Source: Chloropicon primus
Lineage: Eukaryota
DNA: 64,000 bases
Reading direction: 5' to 3'
NCBI GenBank assembly: GCA_023205875.1
Contig: CP060768.1
Span: 1-64,000, forward strand
Of the stretch, positions 9,683 to 21,767 are shown one piece after another. The stretch's first letter is position 1. The number at the start of each line of letters is the position of its first letter. The translations under genes were made by a program, and so were the position numbers. Below the pieces are notes generated by a model. It was not told where the DNA came from. It did no database searches and was given only the letters and a program-made list of their open reading frames with translations.

Positions 9683-12600
9683 ATGGAGGACGACGAACAC
9701 AAACACAAGAAGGCCAAGGTGGAGGACGCCAGCGGCGACGCAAACACAGGGACGACGAAGACCACGACGACGGGGGATGAGGACATTACCAACACCAACA
9801 CCAACACGCATGCTGCTGCGACGATGAATGCCAAGGGGTTTGCGAGGCAGGAAAGCATTGGGCTGGGGAGGCTGCCGAGCTTCGACTTGGACAACCTCGA
9901 GGTGCTGGGGAGGCCGGGGTCCACGGCGACGGGGAGCTTCACACTGGGGGAAATCAATTCGGGCAGCGTGGACGCCTCCATGGTTTCCATGGACATGGGA
10001 ATGAACGTGGAGGCCCCACGCATGGGGAGCGTGACCCAGATCTCCGGGATAAGCGTGCCGGAGGACGGGAACCTCCTCAAGTCCCTGCCCTCTCTGCCGT
10101 CCCAGACGAACGTCATGCCTGGCCCCTCGTCTTTGGTGTCTCCGGGGTCCCACCACCACCACCACGAGAACAAGCACGTCCACTTCGAGATCGCGGACCT
10201 GGCGCCCACTCCCCCTGAGCAGGACTTGTTCCACCAGGACGCCGGGGGCGGCGGCAAGGGCTCCCAGCACGAGGAGGGGGGGGGCATCCTCAGGGCGCCC
10301 AGCATCGACTTGGGAGTCCTGCAGAAGCTCGAGTCCCAGCCCTCGTTCGAGAAGCTCAAGTCCCAGCCCTCCCTTCTGAGGCTCGGGAGCTTCGGGCTGA
10401 ACCAGCTGACGAAGCTGCCGAGCCTGTCCCGGATGCCCTCGCTCGCTAGGGTTGGCTCGCTGACGAGGATGGGGTCCATCGGGAACGCCCTGCAGAGCGC
10501 GAAGAGCGGCGAGTTCCTGGACTTTCTGAACGAGATCACGGCACAGCAGCTCCTGGAGGAGGGGGCGACGGACCTCGACGACGACCTGGACTCGGTGCCC
10601 CCGACGCCCACCACCCCCATGGACACCCCGAGGCAGAGCCCCACCATCCACCGGGACTCGTACCAGGACGCGTCCCCGGAGGCCGGCGGCGGCGGCGTGT
10701 CCCCGGGGGCGGAGGACACCAGCGCCAGGGGCACGGTGAACAACCCCGAGAACGACCTTTTCATGGTGAACGAGGGCGTCTTCAGGGAGGCTGTGGAGAC
10801 CACCAAGGCGAGCAGCGTCCTGCTCAAGACGTACCTGCTCTCGGACGAGCGCGCGGGGGACATCTTGTTCTTCCCCCAAGACCGGCTCCCCTGGTTCGAG
10901 AAGGAGAAGATCAGGAGGGACGGCAGGCAGGAGAAGGACGGGGCCAAGAAGGGCAAGCAGCAGAAGGGGACCCCCAGCCCAAGCAAGAGGCCGAGGACCG
11001 TGACCAGGGTCAGCGACAAGCAGGAGCAGTGCATCTGCAGCCTGAGGCCGAGCCTGATGTTCCCGGAGGGCACGAAGGGCTGGAGGTTCGAGCAGATGCG
11101 GGGCCCGGCGTGCAAGACCGTGAGGAACACGACGGCCGCGAAGAAGGAGCTGGAGAACTACAAGTACACCGGCTTTTGCAAGGACCACGTGGAGGGCAAG
11201 GGCCTGGGGAGCAGGCAGACCTGGGAGGAGAACGGCAAGTGCTCCGTCAGGGGGTTCAACCTGGAGAGGAACGTGAACGACCGGAGGATGAGGCACCTCC
11301 TGTGCCTGGAGACGGGCAAGGGCTACGTTTTCCTCAAGTGGTGCACGCAGTGCCACCTGTGGAAGAACTTCGCCGGGTTCACGGACAGGGACGAGAAGGG
11401 GGGCAAGGACCTCGTCGTCCACACGTTCTGCAGGGTGTGCCACCAGAGGCAGGTCCTGAGCCGGGACAAGAGGAGGATGGAGCGGGCGAAGAAGAGGAAG
11501 GCGGTGGACATGACGGGGGGCAAGAAGGCGGGCAAGGACAAGGACCTCGAGGAGGTCGCGGAGAAGATCAACTTGATGAGGCAGAACACCATGGACCGGG
11601 CCTGGATAAAGAGTTTTGCCTTGGAGTCCACCCTCTCCAAGTACAACAAGTTCAGCAAGACCATCTTTGAGAACATGGGGGACAAGCCCATCATCTGCGG
11701 CGTCTTCTCCGGCTCCGCGGAGGACATCATCATGATGAGGGCCACGGACGTCATCCTGGACCTGCAGATCAACCCCCACAAGTCCCCCCAGCTCGTGGGG
11801 GGCGAGGGCCGGTGGATCCAAGTCGTGACGGAGATCATGGAGAACGACCTGGAGCCGGTGCTGGCGCAGTACGGGGACATGGGGGGCTCCCGGGAGCAGG
11901 GCTCCGGGGGCGCCGGGGGCGGCCTGCAGAGGCAGACCTCGTTGGAGCTGTGGGGGAAGTCCAACAAGACGGAGATCGTCAAGCGCAGGATCCAGGAGCT
12001 GATGCAGGACGACGACGTGAGGTACAAGATCGTCCTCCTCGGGTCCCTCCTCGTGGAGTCAAGGCTCCAGAGCCTGCTGGAGAGGGAGGTCAGGCTGGAG
12101 GCCATGTACGAGGGTTGCATCCTCATGGCGTTCACCTGCGACCTCAAGCCCGGGGAGAAGGAGGCCAACTACATGCAGCTCAGCCCGGACCAGATGTTCG
12201 GCCTGCGCAAGATGGGCTGGAGCGGCCTGCAGTACAAGTGCAGCGGCAAGGTTCTCCCCCTGGTGGACGGCCCCAAGCCGCACCAGGACGCTCTGGTGGA
12301 GATCGTGGAGATGGTCGGCGTCAAGGCCCCCCCGCGGCAGCTCATCGAGAAGACCTACGACGGCCTGGACAGCCTGTACCCCTCGAGCATCATCCAGGCG
12401 GCCTGCAGGGACGTGAGCGGCCTGGTGGAGACCCTGGGCAAGCCTAACAGCGCCGGAGCGGGGGAGGGCCCCGCGGAGGCCATCGACTGGCAGGGCTGCA
12501 GCGCCCTCCACCACGCGGTGGTCCGGGCCTCCCAGGGCCAGGAGGACCAGGTGTTGGGGACCCTGCTGTACCACAAGGCGGACTGCATGAAGCAGAACCG

Positions 12601-12844
12601 CAGGGGGTTCACCCCCCTGGAGGTCGCGGCGCTGACGAACCCCCAGGCCCTCCCCGTGCTGGTGGGCCACTACTTTGGCAGCAAGGCGGCGGGGAGCAAG
12701 GAGGACAAGAGCAAGGTTCTGAGGAAGCTCCAGAAGACCCTGGAGAGCTCCGTGCAGCACGTCAAGCACGACCTCGTCAAGCACAACGCCTCCCTGTCCA
12801 TCACGGTGATTCGGGACCTCCTGCTGGGGCAGCAGCAGCAGTAG
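9683..12844 (+). CDS. Putative nuclear regulator: Cys/His (SBP-like) Zn-binding region, basic NLS and C-terminal ankyrin repeats
   Basis: ~1053-aa ORF with strong GC3 bias. Contains FCKDH...WCTQCH...FCRVCH...RR..AKKRK and the ankyrin motifs DWQGCSALHHAV and NRRGFTPLEVAA. Confidence 0.75.
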   Translation: MEDDEHKHKKAKVEDASGDANTGTTKTTTTGDEDITNTNTNTHAAATMNAKGFARQESIGLGRLPSFDLDNLEVLGRPGSTATGSFTLGEINSGSVDASMVSMDMGMNVEAPRMGSVTQISGISVPEDGNLLKSLPSLPSQTNVMPGPSSLVSPGSHHHHHENKHVHFEIADLAPTPPEQDLFHQDAGGGGKGSQHEEGGGILRAPSIDLGVLQKLESQPSFEKLKSQPSLLRLGSFGLNQLTKLPSLSRMPSLARVGSLTRMGSIGNALQSAKSGEFLDFLNEITAQQLLEEGATDLDDDLDSVPPTPTTPMDTPRQSPTIHRDSYQDASPEAGGGGVSPGAEDTSARGTVNNPENDLFMVNEGVFREAVETTKASSVLLKTYLLSDERAGDILFFPQDRLPWFEKEKIRRDGRQEKDGAKKGKQQKGTPSPSKRPRTVTRVSDKQEQCICSLRPSLMFPEGTKGWRFEQMRGPACKTVRNTTAAKKELENYKYTGFCKDHVEGKGLGSRQTWEENGKCSVRGFNLERNVNDRRMRHLLCLETGKGYVFLKWCTQCHLWKNFAGFTDRDEKGGKDLVVHTFCRVCHQRQVLSRDKRRMERAKKRKAVDMTGGKKAGKDKDLEEVAEKINLMRQNTMDRAWIKSFALESTLSKYNKFSKTIFENMGDKPIICGVFSGSAEDIIMMRATDVILDLQINPHKSPQLVGGEGRWIQVVTEIMENDLEPVLAQYGDMGGSREQGSGGAGGGLQRQTSLELWGKSNKTEIVKRRIQELMQDDDVRYKIVLLGSLLVESRLQSLLEREVRLEAMYEGCILMAFTCDLKPGEKEANYMQLSPDQMFGLRKMGWSGLQYKCSGKVLPLVDGPKPHQDALVEIVEMVGVKAPPRQLIEKTYDGLDSLYPSSIIQAACRDVSGLVETLGKPNSAGAGEGPAEAIDWQGCSALHHAVVRASQGQEDQVLGTLLYHKADCMKQNRRGFTPLEVAALTNPQALPVLVGHYFGSKAAGSKEDKSKVLRKLQKTLESSVQHVKHDLVKHNASLSITVIRDLLLGQQQQ

Positions 12845-13035
12845 TCATAGTAGCAGCCAACAGCAGCGAGAGGAGGAGAGGATAAGTTTTTGGAGGATCC
12901 GAAAATGATTTTAAATAGAATATATAGAGCTTTTTCGTTTTGTTGGCTTTCTTGCTTGGCTTTCGGAAAAAAGAAAAAGAAAACACACCACGCCAGATGA
13001 TTGTATGTGTGCTTGTGTGCTTGTGTGTGCGTGAG

Positions 13036-13077
<42 letters not shown>

Positions 13078-13641
13078 CTTGTCTGTCTGATTGTCGGGGA
13101 GACAAGGTGGGTTCGTCCCCGTCCTGGAAAAAGTGAAAAATGTTGTTTCTTGTTGATTGTGATGGTTGCTGCTATGGATGGATGAATGGATGCTGCCCCT
13201 CCCTCCCCTCCCTCCCCTCCCTCCCAGGGGTTCACGTGTCTGGTCTTGGGTTCGGATGCCTTTCCCTCCTTTTTTCCTTTTGTTTTTCCCCAGCCAAAAT
13301 ATCTTTTCCTTCCTCCTCCAGCCCCAAACGTGTTTTCTACTCCAGGTGACGTGGGCCAAGATCTCCCGAAAAACAGGGGAGAAACAGAAAAAAGAGAGAA
13401 AGAGAGAGAAGAGAAAGAGAAAGAGAAGAGAGAGCGCAACGTCCTCGTCCGTCCAGGGACCAAAACAAACCACCAACACCAACAACAACAACACGACGAC
13501 GAGGAGGACCACGACGAGGTTGGTGCGCTTCGTGGGCGTGGTCTGAGGAGGAGGAGGAGTTTTCTGTTTTTTAGGGGAAGAGGGGAAGGGACCACAGACC
13601 TCACCTCACCTCGCCTCGCGTCACCTCTGGGTGGAGACAAG

Positions 13642-15715
13642 ATGATGTTGGGGATGATGGGTACCGCTGCGACTGCGGCTGCGTCGTGTGGGCGGCTGGG
13701 TGGCGTGGGCTTGAGGCTGAACATGGTGCGCGTCTTCGGTACGAGTGCCGCAGGACAGGCTCTGGGTGGACTTGACCTCGGGGAGCCGAGGGAAAAACAG
13801 CAGCCAGACCTCAGGCACGGTGGGTCCAGAACCGGAGCAAGCTCACACTTCAAGCAAGGTAACTCATTCACTCACTCATTCACTCACAAAACCAAACCAA
13901 CACTGACGCTGACGCTGACACTGACACTGACACTGGCACGGAATCTCTCTCTCTCTCTTTCTCTCTCTGTCTTTCTCTCTCCACACACACACACACTCTC
14001 CGCCCATTTCCTTTTGTTCCCTTTTGTCCATCTCTTCGTCTTGGCCTCGGTGTTTGTGTTCGTGTTTGTGGTGGTCAGGCAACGGGGTTGGCTCGGACAA
14101 GGACTTTCCTACGCCGAGCGAGATGCTTGGGATCCTGAACGAGCACGTGATCGGCCAGGAGGAGGCGAAGAAGGTGCTGAGCGTGGCGGTGTACAACCAC
14201 TACAAGCGAATAAGGTTGGAGGACAGGAGGAAGCAGGCCTCGGCCAGGCAGGACAACGGCGGGGGGGAGGCGGGGCAGCTGGGCCTGATGAGCGCGAGGA
14301 ATGGGCACGGGTCGGACGGCGGGAGCCAGCTCACGCCGACCAACAGGGGGGGCGCGTTCCAGGACCTGCCGTACACCCGAGGGCCCCCGAGCGCCTCGTC
14401 CCCCACCAGGGGGGGCGAGGGGGAGTACACGAGGAGCGGCATCTACGGCAACGGGGCGGCGGCGTACAGGAACGGCGCGAACTCCACGAACGCGGCGTCC
14501 GGCATGGCGCCCATGGGCCACTCGGCCTACGTCCCCCAGAAGGACGTCGGCGTGGGCGACTCTTTCGCCGACGAGGAGGCTCCGGACAGGTCCCTGCCCC
14601 CCCCCTCGGGTGAGGACGGCCCAGAGAGCGCGGAGAAGCTCTGCAACCAGGAGGAGACCCGCGTCAAGGGCTGGCTCAGGCCGGGCTTCAACGACAAGGA
14701 GGTGCAGCCCGAGAAGTCCAACATCCTGATGCTCGGGCCAACGGGGTCGGGAAAGACGCTGCTGGCGCAGTCCCTGGCCAAGATGGTGAACGTCCCCCTG
14801 GTCCTTTCGGACGCCACGGCGCTCACCCAGGCCGGTTACGTGGGGGAAGACGTCGAGAACATCCTGTCCAAGCTGCTGCAGGCGGCGGGGCACAACCTCC
14901 ACCTCGCGGAGAGGGGCATTGTGTACATAGACGAAATCGACAAGGTCGCGAAGAGGACCAGGAACTCCTCGTCCAGGGACGTGAGCGGGGAGGGGGTCCA
15001 GCAGGCCCTGCTCAAGATGCTCGAGGGGACCATCGTGAACGTCCCGGAGAAGGGGAACAAGAAGCACCCGCGGGTGGAGTACATCCAGATGGACACGAAG
15101 AACATCCTGTTCATCTGCGGCGGGGCCTTCGTTGGCCTCGAGCAGGTGATCAACGAGAGGGTGAGCAAGACCTCCATCGGGTTCGGGGCCGCGGTGAAGC
15201 AGGAGGACTGCGAGGACGCGGTCGACCTCGCCGCCAAGGTGACCCAGAAGGTGGAGCACATGGACATGATCAACTACGGCCTCATCCCCGAGTTCGTGGG
15301 CCGCTTCCCCGTCCTCGCTTCCCTGGAGGCCCTGACCGAGGAGCAGCTCGTGTACGTCATCAAGTCGCCGAAGAACGCCATCCTGAAGCAGTACGCGTCC
15401 CTCTTCGGGATGAACGGGTGCGCCTTGTACGTGGCCGACGAGGCCCTCGACAAGGTCGCCAAGGAGGCGTACGAGAGGAAGACGGGCGCCAGGGGCTTGA
15501 GGAGCATCATGGAGCAGCTCTTCTGGGACGCGATGTATGAGGTGCCCAAGTACAGCCGGTGCGGTTCCGGGGAGGACGTGGCCGTCTTCCTCTCGGAGGA
15601 CAGCCTCATCAAGCAAAGGGGGAGGTACGTGGGGGCCCACGTTGTGGTGGGGAAGGAGGAGATCGAGGACTTCCTCGACAAGGGCTCCGCGGGGGGGGCT
15701 GAGATGGAAATATGA
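13642..15715 (+). CDS. clpX: ATP-dependent Clp protease ATP-binding subunit ClpX, probably mitochondrial; join(13642..13858,14079..15715)
   Basis: [21 protein letters not shown], Walker [42 protein letters not shown] and [13 protein letters not shown] intron at 13859-14078 joins a targeting-peptide exon in frame. Confidence 0.93.
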
Positions 15716-15976
15716 GCACCAGAGTCCCGAGTTCCGAGGCCGAAAAAAGCCCATTACCTTCATTTTTTTTTATAACAACAAACAACCGTATTTTTTCCAC
15801 CGCCCGTTGCACAGAACACGATCGATCCCTCCGTGCCCTTCCCGCCATCGCCATCGCCATCCATCGGGCTCACCTCTGTCCTCTGTCCTCTCCTCCGTCT
15901 GATGAAAAGATATTTCGATTTCGTTCTAACCGCTAACGCTCTCAAAGGCTGCAACAATCACAGGGAGCTTTTGACG

Positions 15977-17626
15977 ATGGCGACGACGACGATGGCGACG
16001 ATGAGGGCGACGAGGGCGAGGCATCGCCATGCGGTCGTGGCCTCCGCGAGCGAAGAAAAGCAGCGGAGCGGGAACCAAAAGCAAAAGCATCGAGTGGTCC
16101 TCAAAGCCCCAGCACGAAGTGTCAAAGCCCAGCAACTGAAACCTAGGAACCTGAGCGAGGACTCGACGCAGACAGCCCACGGCTTGGGTTACCACCATCC
16201 CAGGAGCGAAACCGGCTACTACTTTTACATGCCGACCATGTCCCTCTTCGGCGTGAACGCTTTGGGCGAGGCGGTTGTGAACATGAAGGGTCGAGGGCTC
16301 GACAAGGTTCTCGTCGTCACGGACAAGGTCTTGAACGAGATCGGGGCGGTGAAGCGCTTGACGGACTTGTTGGACGACCACGAGATCGAGTACTTAATAT
16401 TTGATGACATTACTCCGAACCCAACGGCGAGCCAAGTCAGGGAGGGCGTGAAACGGTATGCAGGACATGCGATGCCCCGCGACCATCGAGGGGAGGTAAA
16501 CGTTCAGACCCTGGGACTGGACTGACGCTTTTGACGTTTCTGCTCCCTCTGCTCTCTCTCCCTCCCCCCCCCCTCTCTCCTTCTCTTGCAGTTTGCACGA
16601 ATTCGGGTCTTCGGCCGTTGTGAGCTTCGGCGGAGGTTCCCCGCACGATTGCGCCAAGGCGATTGCCCTGGTGGCGACCAACGGAGGCGACATCAAGGAC
16701 TATGAAGGCGTGGACAAGTCCGAAAAGCCGATGCTCCCCTTGGTGGCCATCAATACAACGGCTGGCACTGCGTCGGAGATGACGCGATTTTGCATCGTAA
16801 GTCGTAACGCTTGGGGGAAGCGATGCCTTGAGTCAAGGCCCTTGACTGACTGACTGATCCTGATCCCCTCTCTCCTCCTCCTCGGTTTTCCTTCCCACGC
16901 GCACGGCCGAAGATCACGGATGAGGAAAGAAAAGTGAAGATGGCGATTGTGGACTGGCACACCACTCCAGACATCGCGGTGGACGACCCTTCGCTCATGC
17001 TGGGGATGCCCAAAGGCCTAACGGCGGCGACTGGGATGGATGCCTTGACACACGCCATCGAGGCGTACGTCTCCACCATCTCCTCGCCGATAACAGATGC
17101 CTGCGCGCTCCACGCGATCAAGCTGATCTCAAGGTACCTGAGGACGGCGGTCGAGCACGGGGACGACCTGCAGGCGAGGGACATGATGTCGTACGCTGAG
17201 TTTCTCGCGGGCATGGCTTTCAACAGCGCGTCCCTTGGGTACGTGCACGCCATGGCCCACCAGCTCGGAGGTTTTTACAACCTACCCCACGGCGTCTGCA
17301 ACGCGGTCCTCCTCCCGGTGGTTCAAGAGCGCAACGCCAAACACGCGCCAGAGCTTTTCATCGACCTGGGGAGGGCCCTGGGGATCGAGGGTCTGGGGGA
17401 CGACGACCCCGAGAGGGCGCAAGCGATGGTGATCGCTTCCATCAAAGGTCTCTCCAAATCCGTTGGTATTCCAGAGAACCTCGAGAGCTTGGGGGTGAAA
17501 AGGGAGGACTTTGACGTCCTTGCTGAGAACGCCATGAAGGACGCTTGCGGTGCGACCAACCCATTCCAGCCCACAAAGCAGGAGGTGATCGACATGTTCG
17601 AGCAAGCCTTTACCCAAACTTTGTAA
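15977..17626 (+). CDS. Iron-containing (family III) alcohol dehydrogenase with N-terminal transit peptide; join(15977..16455,16592..16796,16913..17626)
   Basis: [43 protein letters not shown] and [23 protein letters not shown]. Two GT-AG introns restore a single frame. Confidence 0.93.
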
Positions 17627-17867
17627 GCAAAGCAGGCGATAATGAAACCATTTTTCATTACTATATTTTGTTATTTTTGTTCCTTCCAGGTGCAGGGAGG
17701 CAAGGCCCATCAGGCACCCAATGTCAAAGTCAGCCGTCCCCGTCCCCCTCCACGTTCCAGTTCCAGTTCCAGTTCCAGTTCCAGTTCCAGTTCCAATGCG
17801 CGTGTGCTCCCCCTTGTCCTCTCCCGCCAGGCCCTGCCCCTGGAGGAGCAGCTTCCTGCGGTTCGCG

Positions 17868-18317
17868 ATGGCGGGAACGGCGACCCCGGGGGAAGGAGAA
17901 GGAGGGATGTCCCTTGCTGTGGTGGAGACGGAGGAGGAGAGAGAGGCCAGACATCAGGCGTATCTGAAGCGGGTGAGGGACGCGGAGGAACTCGAGGTGA
18001 AGCTGCGCAAAATACAAGAGGACGTGCCGACGAAAATCTGCAACACGACGGGATCCACCGCGGGGTCTGGGAGCGGAAGCTTTCACACGTACAGGACGCA
18101 GAAGCGGCGTGACCAGATCCGCCAGCAGGCTCTTGAGCAGGAGTTGAAGCGGGACAGGGAGCAGGCGGAGTTCGATGCGAGGAAGGACGAGCTCAACCGA
18201 ATCGACGAGTCCAGGACGGCGAAGAACAGGGCCAAGAGGCAGAAGCTCAAAGTGAGTTCGAGAGCGAGGAGGCATGCGCTGGGGAATGCGCAGTGGATCG
18301 TGGCTGACTGACTGTCG

Positions 18318-18367
<50 letters not shown>

Positions 18368-18543
18368 CGCAGGAAAAGAAGCTCGCGAAGCGGAAGAGCA
18401 AGGGAGGAGGTGGGGCACCGCAGCAAGGGGAGCCAGCACCGCCACCACTGGCTCGGGGCGGCCAGGGGACCGACGCCGAGAAGGGGGAGGACGGGAAGAT
18501 CGGTGCCGCGGCGAAGCACGTCTTCAGTCAGCCAAGGCAGTGA
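17868..18543 (+). CDS. PRKRIP1: PRKR-interacting protein 1-like splicing factor (DUF1168); join(17868..18251,18373..18543)
   Basis: NTTGSTAGSGSGSFHTYR..KRR and RTAKNRAKRQK motifs; intron 18252-18372 with a (CT)n tract. Confidence 0.88.
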
Positions 18544-18738
18544 GGAGCCATGGAACCGCCGCCATCTCTCTGTGCGAAGATGTGGTTGTGTATTATAATT
18601 AAAAACTAAAAGGAGAGGATTAGGCTGGGGGCCTGTTGTTGTTTAAATAATTCTTCTGGGTGGACTCCCAGCCGTCTAAGGGATCCGCGCAGGGTGCGCC
18701 CTCGCATCGTTCCCGATCATCTGGACCCGCAAGAATAA

Positions 18739-20097
18739 TCAGCACTTGACGTCCTGCATGTTGAAGTCCTTGTTGTCGACCCAGTACTCCTGGAGCTTCT
18801 TCTCGATCACCGCGGCGGTGCAGCCCTTGGAGGCGAGGATCCTGGCCTGCTGCTTCATCCTCTTCATCCGGAGCATGTCCGTCAGCGCTTGCGCGATCTC
18901 CTTGGTGGTCATCTCCGGGTTGTTCTCCCTGAGCTTGGCGGCCGTGCTCGAGGCCCAGTTGGGGTGCTTGAGCAGGAACCTCGGGTTCATCTTCAGCAGC
19001 TCCTCGGTGTACTCCGCGCCGAGGAGGCTCTTGAGCCTCATCTTGAGGTTCGCCCTCGCCCTCGTCTTGATCTCCTTGTTCTCGTGGGCCTGGAAGTGCT
19101 CCTTGGTCACCGCGGGCTCCTCGAAGATGGTCTTGGGGGCCTCGGGGACCTCCTCGCCCGGCCAAGCCGCGTAGTCGGGCGACGCGGCGGGGACCGCGTT
19201 GGCGTTGGCGTTCGCCAGGACGTCGTCGATGGACTGGCTCCCAGTCACGCCGTTCCTCACCTCCCAGAACCTCCTGTACCAGCGCTGGATGGGGTTCTCG
19301 TTCTCGATCCCCGCGGCGGAGGTCCCGGCCTCGCAACCGTTGTCCAGGCAGTCGACGTCCGAGTCGATCTGGCCCATGGTCGTCAGCTTGGCCCTGTGGT
19401 AGGGGTCCATCAGGACCTCCCTGAGCTCCTTGAGGGCCTGGGCCTCCTCGGACAGCGGCTGCAGCTCGATCACGTTCCCCAGGGACTCGTCCACGGCGTT
19501 GATCCAGGCGTCCACGTCCCCGTCCTTCCCCATGAGATGAGCGAAGGGCATGAACGGCTGCATCAGCCTGTGGAGCCTCTCGTCCGTGGTCTCCACCACC
19601 TGGTCCCTCACCTGGCCGGTGAGAGCCTGCACGGGGGCCATGACCTGCTCCGAGAAGGCCCTCACCGTCTCCTGGGCGTTCTGGGGGTGGAGGAAGCTCT
19701 CCTCGATGGCGTCCACGAGGGCGGCGTCCACCTCCTTGATGTACTCCGCGGTCGCGTTCTCGTTGTTCGTGATCTGGGCCACCACGGGCGCGATGGGCGC
19801 CAGGGCCGTCTGGAGGTACCCGTCTACCGCCGGCACAACGGCGTTCTCCACCATGGAGAGGTACGGGTTCCCGTTGGTCTCCACGTAGTCGGCCACCATC
19901 TCCTGTCCCACCTGGAGCATCGCCTGCTGGGTCGGGTTGGGGTTGTTCATCGCCTCGGAGAACATCGTCACCAGCGGGCCCGGCTTGAGCGGCTGCGGAG
20001 CGAAGGCCGAGCAAGGAAGCGGGCCCATCATCGCCGACACGAGGGTCGCCACCGCCAGTGCCCTCGTCACCTGCTTGGGCGTCATCACGGAAGACAT
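18739..20097 (-). CDS. Hypothetical helical protein with N-terminal signal-like segment (452 aa)
   Basis: Long ORF with very strong GC3 bias in this frame and hydrophobic ALAVATLVSAMM; no family recognised. Confidence 0.8.
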   Translation of the reverse strand: MSSVMTPKQVTRALAVATLVSAMMGPLPCSAFAPQPLKPGPLVTMFSEAMNNPNPTQQAMLQVGQEMVADYVETNGNPYLSMVENAVVPAVDGYLQTALAPIAPVVAQITNNENATAEYIKEVDAALVDAIEESFLHPQNAQETVRAFSEQVMAPVQALTGQVRDQVVETTDERLHRLMQPFMPFAHLMGKDGDVDAWINAVDESLGNVIELQPLSEEAQALKELREVLMDPYHRAKLTTMGQIDSDVDCLDNGCEAGTSAAGIENENPIQRWYRRFWEVRNGVTGSQSIDDVLANANANAVPAASPDYAAWPGEEVPEAPKTIFEEPAVTKEHFQAHENKEIKTRARANLKMRLKSLLGAEYTEELLKMNPRFLLKHPNWASSTAAKLRENNPEMTTKEIAQALTDMLRMKRMKQQARILASKGCTAAVIEKKLQEYWVDNKDFNMQDVKC

Positions 20098-20357
20098 CTT
20101 CTTCTTCTTCTTCTTCTGTGTCTTCTGTGGATCGATCGATCACCAAGGAGGAAGAGAGAGAGAGAGAGAGAAAGAGAGCGGTAACACAATGGAGGGGTAA
20201 CCGCAGGTCGTCGTCTTCTTCTTTGTTCGCCGCGCAGACGAAGAGGAGAAGTGGAAGCGGCCCGCGCCTTCCGTTCACCAGTCGCCTGAAAAATAACGGC
20301 CGATTTTTTCCGTTAGTTTTGAGGAATGGAAAAGTAACGTCACCAACAGAACATAAA

Positions 20358-20388
<31 letters not shown>

Positions 20389-20605
20389 AGGATGGACTGG
20401 GCGCTGGCTGGCTCTCCCTCTCCTCCGTGTCTGTCTGTTTCTGTCCCTCTCTCTTCTCCATGGCTTTTGGTGTCTGCTTCCACCTCTCCTCGAGGAGATG
20501 AACGGAACGGAACGGGTGGAGGGAGGGTGTGAGAGAGAGAGAGTTCTCTCCTCTCTTCTTCTCTCCTCTTTCTTTGGCAAAACGGGGCATGTCCTCTCTT
20601 TCCTG

Positions 20606-20644
<39 letters not shown>

Positions 20645-20877
20645 ATCCTTCCGGCCCAGGGGGAAGGGACTGCTCTTGGGCGGCCCATCACACATCTCAA
20701 GGCGAGACCTTGTGTTGGTTTCGCAAACAAAGGGTGGACCAATCCAGTCCAAAATCACGTCGCTCGCACAATCGGGGCACCTCTCCTCCTCCTGGGAGAC
20801 GGCGTGGAGCACGTGTGCCACTCCTTCCCCCTGCTTCGCGTTCACGAAAGGAATACATTACAACAATGGGCTCACTC

Positions 20878-21767
20878 TCAAGAGCTCGTGGCCTCGGGCT
20901 CCGGGAAGGCGGAAGCGTCGAGGTAGAACTCCTGGTTGTCCAGGAACTCCTTGTCGTCCAAGTCCAGCTCCATGGCGTCGTCGTCGTCCCCCTCCGACTC
21001 CTCCTTCTTCTTCTTCTCCTCCCTCTCCCTCCTCAAGTCGGAGAAGATGTCGTCCAGCTTCTCCTGCTCCTCGACGGACTTGTCGTAGATCAGCCTCACC
21101 TCCGGCGCGCGCCTCATCTTGACCTGGAGCAGCAGCAGCATCCGCGGGTCAGCAGAAGAGAAGCAGGGAGAAAATCAGTCCGTCAGAACACATCGCATCG
21201 CATAGCATCGTCGTCGTTCGTCGTTCGTCGTCCCTGTCTGTTGCCTTTCGTTCTCACCTTCTGCGCGAGCTCCTTCCTGATGTATCCCTCCTTCCTCCGG
21301 AGGTTGTCGAAGGCGAACATCCTGGCCTCCTCGTCGTCCCCGCTCAAGTAGACGTAGACCTTGGCGACCTGGAGGTCGCTGGAGACGACCACCTCGGTGA
21401 CCTCCGCCATGAGGATGTCCTCGTCGTCCGCGGCGTACTCGCGGTACGGCGCCATCGCGTTCAGCACGACCTCATCGTAGCAGAGCAAGTTCGCCATCTC
21501 CCTCGCGAACTGCTTCTCCAGCCTCGCCACACGACGCTTATCCGCACGACACAACACACCACCACCACGACGTCGTTGCTGCTGACGAAGATGTTGTTGT
21601 TGCTGATGTTGATGTTGTTGCACGACGCCGTGCAGACCCCCTCCCCTCGTGGAGGAGGAAGAGTAAGGGGAAGAGGAAGGGGAAGGGGCGAGTGCGATGT
21701 GTCCCCGCCTAAACCTCCCCCCCACCATCCTCACCGTCATCCTCACCCTCGTCGTCCTCATCCTCAT
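20878..21767 (-). CDS. rbfA: Chloroplast ribosome-binding factor A; join on minus 21767..21258, 21123..20878
   Basis: RRVARLEKQFAREMA, VTEVVVSSDLQVAKVYV and GYIRKELAQK|VKMRRAPEVRLIYD; GT-AG intron 21124-21257; Arg/Ser-rich transit peptide. Confidence 0.9.
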
